This document shows, one piece after another, positions 21,301-30,320 of a stretch of DNA of 64,000 bases (positions are counted from its first letter, which is position 1; the number at the start of each line of letters is the position of its first letter). The stretch comes from an uncultured Verrucomicrobiae bacterium. GTDB taxonomy: Bacteria > Verrucomicrobiota > Verrucomicrobiia > Chthoniobacterales > JAFAMB01. Position numbers and translations under genes: made by a program. Under the pieces are notes generated by a model. The model was not told the DNA's origin. It worked only from the letters and a program-made list of their open reading frames with translations, and ran no database searches. The stretch is from the NCBI GenBank assembly GCA_963837955.1, contig CAWIPH010000002.1, forward strand, positions 352,001-416,000, given 5' to 3'.

Positions 21301-21473
21301 GTACGGGGCGTCCGTAGATCCTTTATTTACGCGCCTTCGCGGACTTCCTGGGTAAACCTTTAACGAATTTTTAACGTTAAAAGAGCCTAACCCGAAGTCT
21401 TTTCGGGCGTTCGCGGTAATCTTTCGGGGGCTTGCGTCGCTTCGAATAAAAAGTTCCCCGTTCTAGCGAGGGG

Positions 21474-21683
21474 ATGCAAGAACAATCCTTAAGCGACGTT
21501 CCGCTTACCTTAACGGAAGCGGCTAAATATCTCCAAGTCTCTACTCGGGTTTTACGAGAGTGGTGCAACCGGAACCTTATCCGACATAGCCGGGCAAACT
21601 ACCGGCGTTGGTATTTCAGGCGATCCGACCTGGACGAATTTCTCGATCGACGAGCCATAAATCCGAAAGGGCTATACGCATGA
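21474..21683 (+). CDS. Excisionase-like HTH (HTH_17) protein
   Basis: LTLTEAAKYLQVSTRVLREW...WYFRRSDLDEFL; adjacent to att. Confidence 0.85.
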   Translation: MQEQSLSDVPLTLTEAAKYLQVSTRVLREWCNRNLIRHSRANYRRWYFRRSDLDEFLDRRAINPKGLYA

Positions 21684-22222
21684 GCGGGGAGTTTGACCTC
21701 TCTTACGTAACCTCGAACACGACAGCTGGGTTGCCCAAAGGACTATTGTGGCAAGACGTTCCTGGTTTCTTAAAAGCGACTCGGCATTACCACACTATCG
21801 TACGGAAAGGAGAAGAGTCCGTAATTGAAACAGAGATAGAAACAACTCCCGGCGAACCCGTGAAAGGGATTGATTGTTATGGCTTCTCCGTCACTTTTGT
21901 TCTGTACGATGATTGCTTACTCGATTGAGGAATAGATGACGACGGGTGTTTCTCCTTTTCTCTGTCTTGTTGGGACGACGGAGATTGGGAACTCGAAGAA
22001 GAATTAGAGATTCCCTCGGACCAAGCAGCCTGTCCTGATGAGGCGTTGGGATATTTCGAAGCATTGAAATTCTCTTTACCAGAAGAGATGGCGCAGACTT
22101 ACCAGGCTTTTATCGAGCCCTTTGTCTTCTTTGAAAAGGAAGTCCGGGAAACGCCGAGGAAAGAAGTCTTACAACTTGGGCCCAAGGTTCTGTTCTTATT
22201 TAGCTTCACCAAAATAGCTTAA
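21680..22222 (+). pseudogene. Acidic hypothetical protein interrupted by an in-frame TGA (21926-21928)
   Basis: ATGA overlap with xis; frame stays open 97 codons after the TGA (GIDDDGCFSF..WDDGDWELEEELE..). Confidence 0.6.
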
Positions 22223-22229
22223 TTTCTTT

Positions 22230-22257
22230 TTGACATAAAAGTGTTCGTATGAACACT
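22230..22257 (+). promoter_or_regulatory. Sigma70-type promoter overlapped by a LexA (SOS) box
   Basis: TTGACA at 22230, TGTTC-GTAT-GAACA palindrome at 22242-22255, AACACT -10-like at 22252. Confidence 0.75.
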
Positions 22258-22526
22258 AGTCCCATGATACACTGTCAAGGTTCGCTATTAAGGTGGTGGA
22301 GTAGATGCCTGCGGCCCCTAAACCATAGTTTATAAAATCCACGACCCATTTCTGCTGTCTGGCTATGCCGGAATAAAAGGCGCTAAGGAGCTGGAATTTG
22401 AAAAGTGACTCTTGGCTGGTAAAAACCTCCTCTGGTGTCATCGGTGAGTTCGCGATCGTATCCGGCTCTGGCGGAAAAGAAAAGCGCCGGAGCAGCCTGG
22501 GCGCTCTCGGGATGTTCCGGGCTGCG

Positions 22527-22769
22527 TTACTTCCGTTTTCGCTCTCGATCCCGAACCCTTCGTTCGTGCTCCTCTCGCGCAAAATCGGCACGTATCGTCT
22601 TCGCTATCCCCTCCCACCCGTTCATCTCTTCGATCGAAAGGGTCATCGCGTCGATTATACGTCCAAGAGGCAGTCGGTCATCTTCGTTATAGACCATCCC
22701 GCTAGCTACCCGCTCCAGAATCTTTCGAGTCTCGGGTTTAATGTTCACCGTAAAGGGAAGATTCTTCAC
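22527..22769 (-). CDS. Small putative DNA-binding (RHH-like) regulator
   Basis: FTVNIKPETRKILERVA strand-helix pattern; divergent from the 22847 operon. Confidence 0.5.
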   Translation of the reverse strand: MKNLPFTVNIKPETRKILERVASGMVYNEDDRLPLGRIIDAMTLSIEEMNGWEGIAKTIRADFAREEHERRVRDRERKRK

Positions 22770-22846
22770 CGGCGCAGTTATAACATTAAATCCTAGGATT
22801 TACAATATTTTGTTGTTGATCTCGTGTTCGCCTGTTCTAGGTAAGT

Positions 22847-23386
22847 GTGAACGAAAATCACACGAACACCGGCTCTGGACCGGTAAACCAGACTACTTCA
22901 GACCGCAGTCTTGCGGAACTGGAGCAAACTGTTGAGAAGGGCAAGGCGACCTTTCTCGATGTTGGAGCTGCCTTAGTCGAAATCCGGCTGCGCAAGCTGT
23001 ATAAACCGAAGGGTTGGACCGAATATCTCAAGGAGCGATTTGGCTTCTCGCGTCAACACGCTCACCGAATCGTGCAGGCGAAGGCGTCGGCCGACGCGTC
23101 ACCGGTGGGTGACAAACCTGCAACCGAAGGCGAGGCACGCAAGCGTCTAAGTGAGAAGCGATCGAACCGGAAGCGGCCGACCAACGTAGCTGAAGATTTG
23201 GACGCTGAGGAGGAATTCGAAAGGTTCAAGTCACGCGTATCAAAGTGGGCAGCGGAGTTCGCTGAAGATGACTATCTCCGCCTGCTCGGAAAGGTAACCA
23301 ATTACGCGGATGGGATTCTCTCCGAAGCGGATTACTCGGACGACATCGTAGTCAACCAACCGGAAGCAGATGGGGTGGCGGCGTGA
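22847..23386 (+). CDS. Phage/ICE-type helical DNA-binding-like protein
   Basis: LAELEQTVEKG..TFLDVGAALVEIR..KLY...EYLKERFGFSRQHAHRIV motif common in mobile elements. Confidence 0.7.
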   Translation: MNENHTNTGSGPVNQTTSDRSLAELEQTVEKGKATFLDVGAALVEIRLRKLYKPKGWTEYLKERFGFSRQHAHRIVQAKASADASPVGDKPATEGEARKRLSEKRSNRKRPTNVAEDLDAEEEFERFKSRVSKWAAEFAEDDYLRLLGKVTNYADGILSEADYSDDIVVNQPEADGVAA

Positions 23387-23865
23387 ATAGAATTGCAAAG
23401 GGATTCAAAATGGATGGGCCGGTCAAAGGCTCTCGCGTTTGGCGATCATGCGATACGGGAAGCAAACAGGTCAATGAGCGGCATTACTTTGAGATGATCG
23501 AGCAAATCGGCACTCCGAGCCTGCTCGCGGATCTGAAGCCAAAATTGAAAATAACAAAACCGGAACCGAAAATTCTCGGAGCAAAAATGTCCGGAGCAGA
23601 ACCGATCTTCGTGGCAACTACTCTATCCGGTGACATTCCTGTTCGAGAAGTTGACCCACGCGAAATTGATCCACCGCTCTTTATCAACTATCTCGCTTTT
23701 TGCGTAGCGGGCAAAATCCTGATCGCGTTGGTAGTCACCGCTCCGACGATGCAAACCTTGTTCGCTGCTTTAGAACACATAGCACGCGATTGGAAGGAAT
23801 ATGACGGGGCGGTTATTGACCTCAATGACCTCACTGGGTTGAAAGAAAGGAGGTTGGAGCCATGA
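23383..23865 (+). CDS. Hypothetical protein
   Basis: GTGA/ATGA translational coupling on both sides. Confidence 0.6.
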   Translation: MNRIAKGFKMDGPVKGSRVWRSCDTGSKQVNERHYFEMIEQIGTPSLLADLKPKLKITKPEPKILGAKMSGAEPIFVATTLSGDIPVREVDPREIDPPLFINYLAFCVAGKILIALVVTAPTMQTLFAALEHIARDWKEYDGAVIDLNDLTGLKERRLEP

Positions 23866-24284
23866 CATACCAAGAATTCCAACGGCGAAACTCCGATCCG
23901 TTCGAACCAAATGTCGAAAACGTCAGAGTGAATCGCAACGGTTCGTATAAGATAAAGTTCCAGCCGGGACAGCTTATCAAGGCGGTTAAGCTCGTGCTTC
24001 ATCCATTCGGTGATGAGATAGTGAAAGGTTTTTACGAGGTCGCAAAACGAGCCCGTGAAACGAACAGCGCTCTGCTGCTTCATTATCCGGCTTCGCTCGT
24101 CAGTCACGAAGGTGGCCATGCGAATCGATTCGCGTCTGTTATCGGGTTGGTAATGCCGCGATGCGGGCAAGTCACGGGTGACGTCATCTTGAGTAAGACC
24201 AAAGGCGAGTGCGAAGTAGAAACGGAAAAGGCGGAGGCAGAAATTTGTTCAACAGTGGATGCGCTCATCGGGGAGAACAAATGA
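23862..24284 (+). CDS. Hypothetical protein
   Basis: AGGAGG RBS; coupled to both neighbours. Confidence 0.65.
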   Translation: MTYQEFQRRNSDPFEPNVENVRVNRNGSYKIKFQPGQLIKAVKLVLHPFGDEIVKGFYEVAKRARETNSALLLHYPASLVSHEGGHANRFASVIGLVMPRCGQVTGDVILSKTKGECEVETEKAEAEICSTVDALIGENK

Positions 24285-25228
24285 GCGCTACGATCGTTTT
24301 CGACTCTTATTGGAAGTTCGCTGCTGAAAGGCAGCGGATCTACGAGAAACGGTTAAGGGGCGAACGTCCGCCGTGGACGGCGGACCCTATTTTAGAGAAG
24401 CACAAATTCACGAACGCTTTCAGAGCCGCTGACCGAGTCAGCCAATATCTGATCCGGAACGTGATCTACGAGCCGACCGCATCAACGCATCCCGAAGAAG
24501 TCGTTTTCCGGATTTTGCTCTTCAAGCTCTTCAACTCAATTGCCGCTTGGGAAGTCCTGAAGGAACCAAATTCGGGATGCCGACCTGGAAGGGATTCGAC
24601 GAAAAGGCTCATGCCGCTGAGCTAGGAAGCGCGAAAGCGAACGGCTGTCAAAATTTGGAATGTCGGCCTACGTCCAGAATCAAAATTACGCCACTCATCT
24701 ATCCACAAAACACGAACGCTACCTCACGCTGGTTAACTACATGATGAGCACAAACATCACCGGTAAGCTGCAAGCTGCCCGGACGTACGCCGATGCCTTT
24801 CAGGTGCTTCGGTCTTATCCGTTGCACGGTAAGTCTTTTATTCCGATGCAGCATGTGTGCGACATCAATTATTCTGAGGTCATCAATTTTGATGAAGACG
24901 ATTTCATCGTGCCGGGACCGGGTGCTTTGGATGGTATCAAGAAATGTTCGGGGCTTTGAACGGCATTACTCCGTCGGATCTGATACGGGGAATCGTCGAC
25001 GATCAGGAAGGATTCTTTGAAGCGGTCGGTGAGCAGCCCGTCAGGTTAATGGGTAAGAGACGACTTCACGCCATTGATTGCCAGAACCTGTTCTGTGAAA
25101 CGGACAAATACGCGCGGGTAGCTCATCCGGAATTTAATCAGGACCGCACGGAGATTAAACAGAAGCTCCAGCCGACGGGACCGCTGCCTGCTCCATTCTT
25201 TCCGCCGAAGTGGGGGTTAAATTCGTAA
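24281..25228 (+). pseudogene. 5-hmdU DNA kinase helical domain / aGPT-Pplase1-like DNA base hypermodification protein, split by about 3 frameshifts
   Basis: FDSYWKFAAERQRIY..R....PPWTADPIL..HKFTNAFRAADRVSQYLI; DINYS..INFDEDDFIVPGPGALDGI; IDCQNLFCETDKYARVAHP; FFPPKWG. Confidence 0.8.
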
Positions 25229-25287
25229 AGTTAACCTCACCAGTAATTCTCTGCGTCGGAACGGCGAAAGGTCGCCGTTCTAGTATA

Positions 25288-25357
25288 GCGTTGGGGGAGA
25301 CATCCTGACGTCATACGGTTATAGCCCGGTAGGTTTGGTCGCCTGTCGGGCTTTTTT
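25288..25357 (+). ncRNA. Candidate ~70-nt two-hairpin antisense sRNA ending in an intrinsic terminator
   Basis: Hairpin GCGTTGGG/CCTGACGT, linker TCATACGGTTAT complementary to 25467-25477, hairpin AGCCCGGTAGG/CCTGTCGGGCT followed by a T run. Confidence 0.55.
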
Positions 25358-25472
25358 CCTTTTCCCAGTGGGATTACGCAAACATTAAGTCTGCATAATT
25401 TTTGGCCTTTTTAACCAAATAAGCCAGCGGTCCTCGTTCTAGTCATGTGCCGGGTAGTTATCGCCCGACCGT

Positions 25473-26969
25473 ATGATCACGACCACGACGACCGAACAAC
25501 TGCGCGCTCGCTTTGACGAGATGTGCACTCGCCTCGGAACGTCCCCCAGGTCCACCCAGTCTGACGAAATCGCGTCGGAGACCAGTCTTAACGAATCCGC
25601 AAGCGCGGCCGAAAAGATAGCCCGGATTTACGCGTGGTGCGACCAGCGCAATGGACGCCCTGGAATCAAGTCTGAGACTGCGTCTCCGGTCCGTTTCGAA
25701 TGTGCCGGATTTACGGGCTTAAATGAAAAGCGTGTTGAAAAGGAAAAAGAGACCCCGACCGGATACGGCAAACGCTGGCGTAACAAAGTAAAGCGCGACC
25801 GCATTCGACGGCTCCGTTCTCCCGCGAACCTCGCCAAGGCGAAAGAGGCTAGAGCCCGAAATCGATATCACCGTATCGTCCAGGAGGATGGGCTGCGATC
25901 CCAGCGGAGCCAACAAATTTACGATGTTCTTCGCGAGGGTGGCTCTTACAATGGTGGCGTCGAACGATTAGAAGTGAGCATCGCTGAATTCCGCGGCAAA
26001 TCTCGCACCTTTAAGACGAACAAGAACGCTTACCTCTTAAACGCCAAAGCGCGGCTACAGCGTAGTGAAGGCCGACGCGAGTGGAACGAGAATCGCCTTT
26101 TGTTCCTGGCGGCGATCGGCAGACCCGCGACTACGGGCCTATCTGCGCCTGAGCCACGACGAAGCGAGGCTGAAGCCGCCTTCGAGCTATTCGTACACTC
26201 GCAGCTCCTTCCTTTACAAATCGCCTACCCTGAAACCGACACACCCCACGACTGTAACGATCTGTTCGTGGGTTGGGACGGACACTTTTACGCTGGTGTT
26301 CGAGATTACGACATCGACGATGGAGATTCTAAACTCCAAGTGCAGGTAAAAGGCATCGCCAACCTATTCTATCGAGCGCGTGACACCTTCAAGAAGCACT
26401 GCGCCCGGAGATATAGAGCACTACGCACTGACCTCTTTAATCTCTTACTTCGAGTCCACCAGAACCGTGTCTTCTGTGAGTTTGCAGACATCGAGCTGCG
26501 ACCAGTGGCGCTCGTTTCCGCGACTAGCGCACGCTCCTGGTACGCAAAGTCCGAAAAGGGCAAACGTCTTAAAGACAAGGATGCGCTCGTTACACTCTTA
26601 GAGAAAGAGACCGATTATGTCCTTGAATACTTGCTCGATTTCGCGCGTGCTGTTTATCCCAAGGAATACGCCGTCTTAGAACACACTATTGAACAAATCG
26701 AAAGACTCGCCTCCAGTACCTCCGACGAGAGCAAAATTAACCTCTGTGAACTCTTAGAACTCTACCGGGATGTGCTGGCTGAATCTAAAGCAGAGCTGCG
26801 CTACTCCGGATCTTTCGCTTCGGATTATTTCCTAGCTAATACTACCTGCTGGCACGAAATTAAGGCGAAGTTACCGAAGCGATTTACCCGGACGAAATTT
26901 GAAGCCGCGTCCCCCTTTACCCTCGCTCGACAACAGGAGCCGTCCCGCGCGATCCTAGCGCGACTGTGA
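25473..26969 (+). CDS. Large basic hypothetical protein of the island core (possible replication/regulatory protein)
   Basis: 498-aa ORF with Arg/Lys-rich N-terminal half; no recognisable catalytic motif. Confidence 0.7.
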   Translation: MITTTTTEQLRARFDEMCTRLGTSPRSTQSDEIASETSLNESASAAEKIARIYAWCDQRNGRPGIKSETASPVRFECAGFTGLNEKRVEKEKETPTGYGKRWRNKVKRDRIRRLRSPANLAKAKEARARNRYHRIVQEDGLRSQRSQQIYDVLREGGSYNGGVERLEVSIAEFRGKSRTFKTNKNAYLLNAKARLQRSEGRREWNENRLLFLAAIGRPATTGLSAPEPRRSEAEAAFELFVHSQLLPLQIAYPETDTPHDCNDLFVGWDGHFYAGVRDYDIDDGDSKLQVQVKGIANLFYRARDTFKKHCARRYRALRTDLFNLLLRVHQNRVFCEFADIELRPVALVSATSARSWYAKSEKGKRLKDKDALVTLLEKETDYVLEYLLDFARAVYPKEYAVLEHTIEQIERLASSTSDESKINLCELLELYRDVLAESKAELRYSGSFASDYFLANTTCWHEIKAKLPKRFTRTKFEAASPFTLARQQEPSRAILARL

Positions 26970-27179
26970 CCGCAACTACCCCGATCTCGCTCCGCCTTCT
27001 TTATCCGATTCCGCGCAAAGTCGACCCGACTAATCCATGGCAAAGAAGTAAGTGGAAAACCAAAATGCATTTTTGCCGCCTTGAACTCGTACAGCCTGCC
27101 TCCAACCCCCGGCATACCGAGACAGCAGTGGAATCCAGAAATCACTGGCGCGATATCCCTCAAATCGCAGCGAGCACGT

Positions 27180-29744
27180 CTACTCTAGAAGTCGTGGGAT
27201 GAATTCGCGAATTCGATCTTCGTTGACAATCTTTCCATGCTTCAAGGCCAGAAACTGAATCTGCTGGATTAAGACCGATTCGTCGGATTTTTTTCTGCTT
27301 ACTCGTATCCGGGTTTTGCACTCGGAGTAACATTTCCAAGGTTGGAGCGCCAATTCGTAGGGAGTTCGGTCATTAAGCTCGTTCAATAATTCCGCGAGGA
27401 ACGCGGGGAAATTTTCTTTGTCCCACGGGCAGGTGAGTCCAATCTTCTTCTCCAATTGGTCTTCCACTACCGGCGTCCATTTTAAAAGGTAATCCTTATC
27501 GCGAAGCCCTTCGATCCATTCGAGTAATCTAGCTGCATCCTGCGAAATGCCGTAGCGCACCTCAAGACGCGGTTGATCGAGCAGATCCTGCAACGCTCGG
27601 AGCGTCGATTCCCACGTCTTCGCGGGAGCGAGCCGAACGAACCATACATCGGTATCACTTCTAAAATCGTAGCCAATGTGGATTTCTCGGTGAACCGGAA
27701 TCTCGGAAATAAATTTTGCGATCTCTTGCCCGTCCGAATGACGCCCGAAAGGATAAGAGGGAAACACGCGTTCCAGTTCGGCGCGATCATTAATCCAAAG
27801 GATATTGACGGGGTCCTTTCCAACAGGCCGCGAGTTGATCAAGTGATTGTGAATTAAATCTCGCCAGGAATCGAGATCGGTTTTCGTGATGTGGTCTAAC
27901 CTTCCTTCGAATATCGAGTTCAAACGCTCGGGGATCGATTCCTTAACCAAGGGATCATCCACTGAAATCTCTCCGAGAAGCCATACTTTATACTCGACTG
28001 GGTTTTCCCGGTTCCATCGTTGGCCTTTGGATTCATAGCAAAAAGAGGGTCCGATTTTTTTGCGAAGTTCCTTCAGATATTCTCCAATACAGCCTTGCTG
28101 CCCGTTGAATCCTGCGTGCCACGATAAAGTTCGTTCTTTTACCCAAGCGTCCGAAGAGCCGTGTTCCTTTACCCAGGACAGGAGTCTCATCGCAGGCTCC
28201 GTTATCCTCTTGGGGTTATTAGATTCGGTCTCGGGCCACACCTCGTTGCATACGTCATCCCATTCCTTGCCTCTTAGTAGCGTTATCGTGATTGAACTTA
28301 CGTATCCGTTTTGCCCATCCAGCGATATCTTAAAGCTGCGGGCGCGGTTATTTATCTTTTCGATCGCCGCCTCGAGGATTTCGTAACATGATCGCTCGTC
28401 TTGTTTCGACATTCCTAAGACGCGACGGACCTTGTTGTTCTCGAGACTTTCCCATAACTCCGTTTTCCAAAAATCAAACGCTGGCACTTTTCGGATTAGC
28501 CCTAGAATGAAGTTCTCGGCCCTTTCCCTAAGCTCTGAGAGTGTGGCTTTCGGAGTCTCCGCGGGCACCTCAGGTTTGGCGGCCGTCGGTGCCGGAGTCT
28601 TCATCGGAGGCGGGTGGAACAGGTGGGCGATCTTTTGCGAAAAGTTCCCCAAATGGGATCGCATTGTGGGAGTGGATACGAGACTTTCTAGAAACCCAAT
28701 GTCGGCAGCTTGGTGCTCTTTAAGAATCGTGAATACTCGAAGAATTCTCGGTGGCTCTAAGTGCCGGAAATCTCGACGCGCGGAGTTAACCGATGTTGAT
28801 GCCGGCTTCCATTTGGCGCCGTGCTTAACCAGAATCTCAATCGCATCGATACAGGCATCGATCTTTTCTGAGCTGCGTGTTCCAAAAATAGATCTAGGGT
28901 CCGCTGCCCAGCTCATTTGCCAAATCGCGTGCTCGAGCACAGATGATCCGGTATCAGGCAGGCTGGTTAGATTAGGGAACAAGGTCAGGAGATACTCCAG
29001 AATCTTGGCGGAAGAGCCAGACGAACACGCCTGAAGAAGTTCCGGGAACTTGTCTGGATATCTCTCGGGCTTTAGCCGCTTGAGGACACTTAGATGCCCG
29101 GCTCGAACCGCTTCTACTAAGGCACAACTGCCGCCGAACTCGTTTTTGGAATCGTCTTCCGGAAGCGGCACGTCGGGACGCGCTCCAGCCCATAAGAGAA
29201 GGGATACACCGCGCAGATTGTCCTCTTTTGCGAAGTAACAAAGTGCCATATCCGCCTGAAGCTGTAGCGCTGGTTTGACCTCGATGTTTGCTTTGTACAC
29301 TGAGATTATCGGTTTGAGGCAGTGCAGGAATCCTCGGTAGACAGGATAGTCGTCAAACGGATCTGCACCTCGATCCAGAAATAGTTGGATCAGTTCTGAA
29401 TCGCCTGAGTAGCAAACAGACTCAAAATCTACCGAATTAACCGGAACTCCACGATCCAACAGAAGTCGGGCGATATCGATCCGCTTACGTTCGACGGCAA
29501 CGGCTAGCGCACTTCCGTTGCTCGCCATCGGGTCAGCTCCGCCATCGAGCAAGACCTCTGTCAGTGTCAGAAAGCCTTTCTCGATAGCAACCTGGAGTGG
29601 ACTAGCTCTTCGAGTCTTCTTTCCGGGAGGAAGATCGAGCGGATTATTCTTTGCAATCCACTCCGAAGTAGCTTTCAGATTCCCGTTTCTACAGAATTCG
29701 ATTAGTGGAAATAATTCTTCAATGCTTTTAGCTACCGGGGGCAT
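27180..29744 (-). CDS. Ankyrin-repeat protein with long unknown, internally duplicated C-terminus
   Basis: SPLQVAIEKG..LTEVLLDGGADP, ALAVAVE..IARLLLDRGV, LFLDRGADP, LLLWAGARPD repeats. Confidence 0.85.
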   Translation of the reverse strand: MPPVAKSIEELFPLIEFCRNGNLKATSEWIAKNNPLDLPPGKKTRRASPLQVAIEKGFLTLTEVLLDGGADPMASNGSALAVAVERKRIDIARLLLDRGVPVNSVDFESVCYSGDSELIQLFLDRGADPFDDYPVYRGFLHCLKPIISVYKANIEVKPALQLQADMALCYFAKEDNLRGVSLLLWAGARPDVPLPEDDSKNEFGGSCALVEAVRAGHLSVLKRLKPERYPDKFPELLQACSSGSSAKILEYLLTLFPNLTSLPDTGSSVLEHAIWQMSWAADPRSIFGTRSSEKIDACIDAIEILVKHGAKWKPASTSVNSARRDFRHLEPPRILRVFTILKEHQAADIGFLESLVSTPTMRSHLGNFSQKIAHLFHPPPMKTPAPTAAKPEVPAETPKATLSELRERAENFILGLIRKVPAFDFWKTELWESLENNKVRRVLGMSKQDERSCYEILEAAIEKINNRARSFKISLDGQNGYVSSITITLLRGKEWDDVCNEVWPETESNNPKRITEPAMRLLSWVKEHGSSDAWVKERTLSWHAGFNGQQGCIGEYLKELRKKIGPSFCYESKGQRWNRENPVEYKVWLLGEISVDDPLVKESIPERLNSIFEGRLDHITKTDLDSWRDLIHNHLINSRPVGKDPVNILWINDRAELERVFPSYPFGRHSDGQEIAKFISEIPVHREIHIGYDFRSDTDVWFVRLAPAKTWESTLRALQDLLDQPRLEVRYGISQDAARLLEWIEGLRDKDYLLKWTPVVEDQLEKKIGLTCPWDKENFPAFLAELLNELNDRTPYELALQPWKCYSECKTRIRVSRKKSDESVLIQQIQFLALKHGKIVNEDRIREFIPRLLE

Positions 29745-30117
29745 GTTGATAGGTATCGCGACTTTCGAGAATGTCGAGTTTGCGGCGTCGCTGCCCTCGA
29801 TCTGGAGGGCGTTGAGGGCGATTCCACTGCCAATCCCTTACGCCTCGCCTTGATCAGTATGCTAGCCACATCTACTATTTATCGGATAAATTCGGCTATT
29901 ATAAAAAAGTCGGATGTTTTGGACGTAATCATTACGAAGCGCCGTGAATTAATGGACATCGCTTTCGGCGCGATGGTAAACGAATGACCCGAGCAAGTAA
30001 TTATCTTTGCGGGGCGAACGAGTCGTCCGTGACGAGCGACTCGTCCAAAAGTTTACCTTAGGTGTAAAATGGCTAATTCCGACGCATTTTTCGGCGTTGT
30101 GGATCTTAGTTGGGGAA

Positions 30118-30237
30118 TATTCGCCGCACTCTTTCCGCGCGACCGGTATCACTCGATTCCTCGAGGAAGGAGCAACGCTCGAAGCAGCCCAGCACACGGC
30201 AGATCATGCCAGCAAGCACAGTGACAGAACCGTATAA
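30118..30237 (+). pseudogene. Tyrosine recombinase C-terminal remnant
   Basis: YSPHSFRATGITRFLEEGATLEAAQHTADHA (HxxR box), no N-terminus. Confidence 0.75.
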
Positions 30238-30320
30238 ACGTTCTTCCTTCTGATTTAGAAGCATTGCGTCTTGAAAGCTTGGCGCGAGAAATCAAGGCAC
30301 CGCGCCAAGAACAGTGGCCA

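Noticed and set aside
21926..21928. Selenocysteine or genetic-code reassignment of TGA
   Set aside because: No redox motif or evident SECIS, and TGA is a normal stop in many genes here
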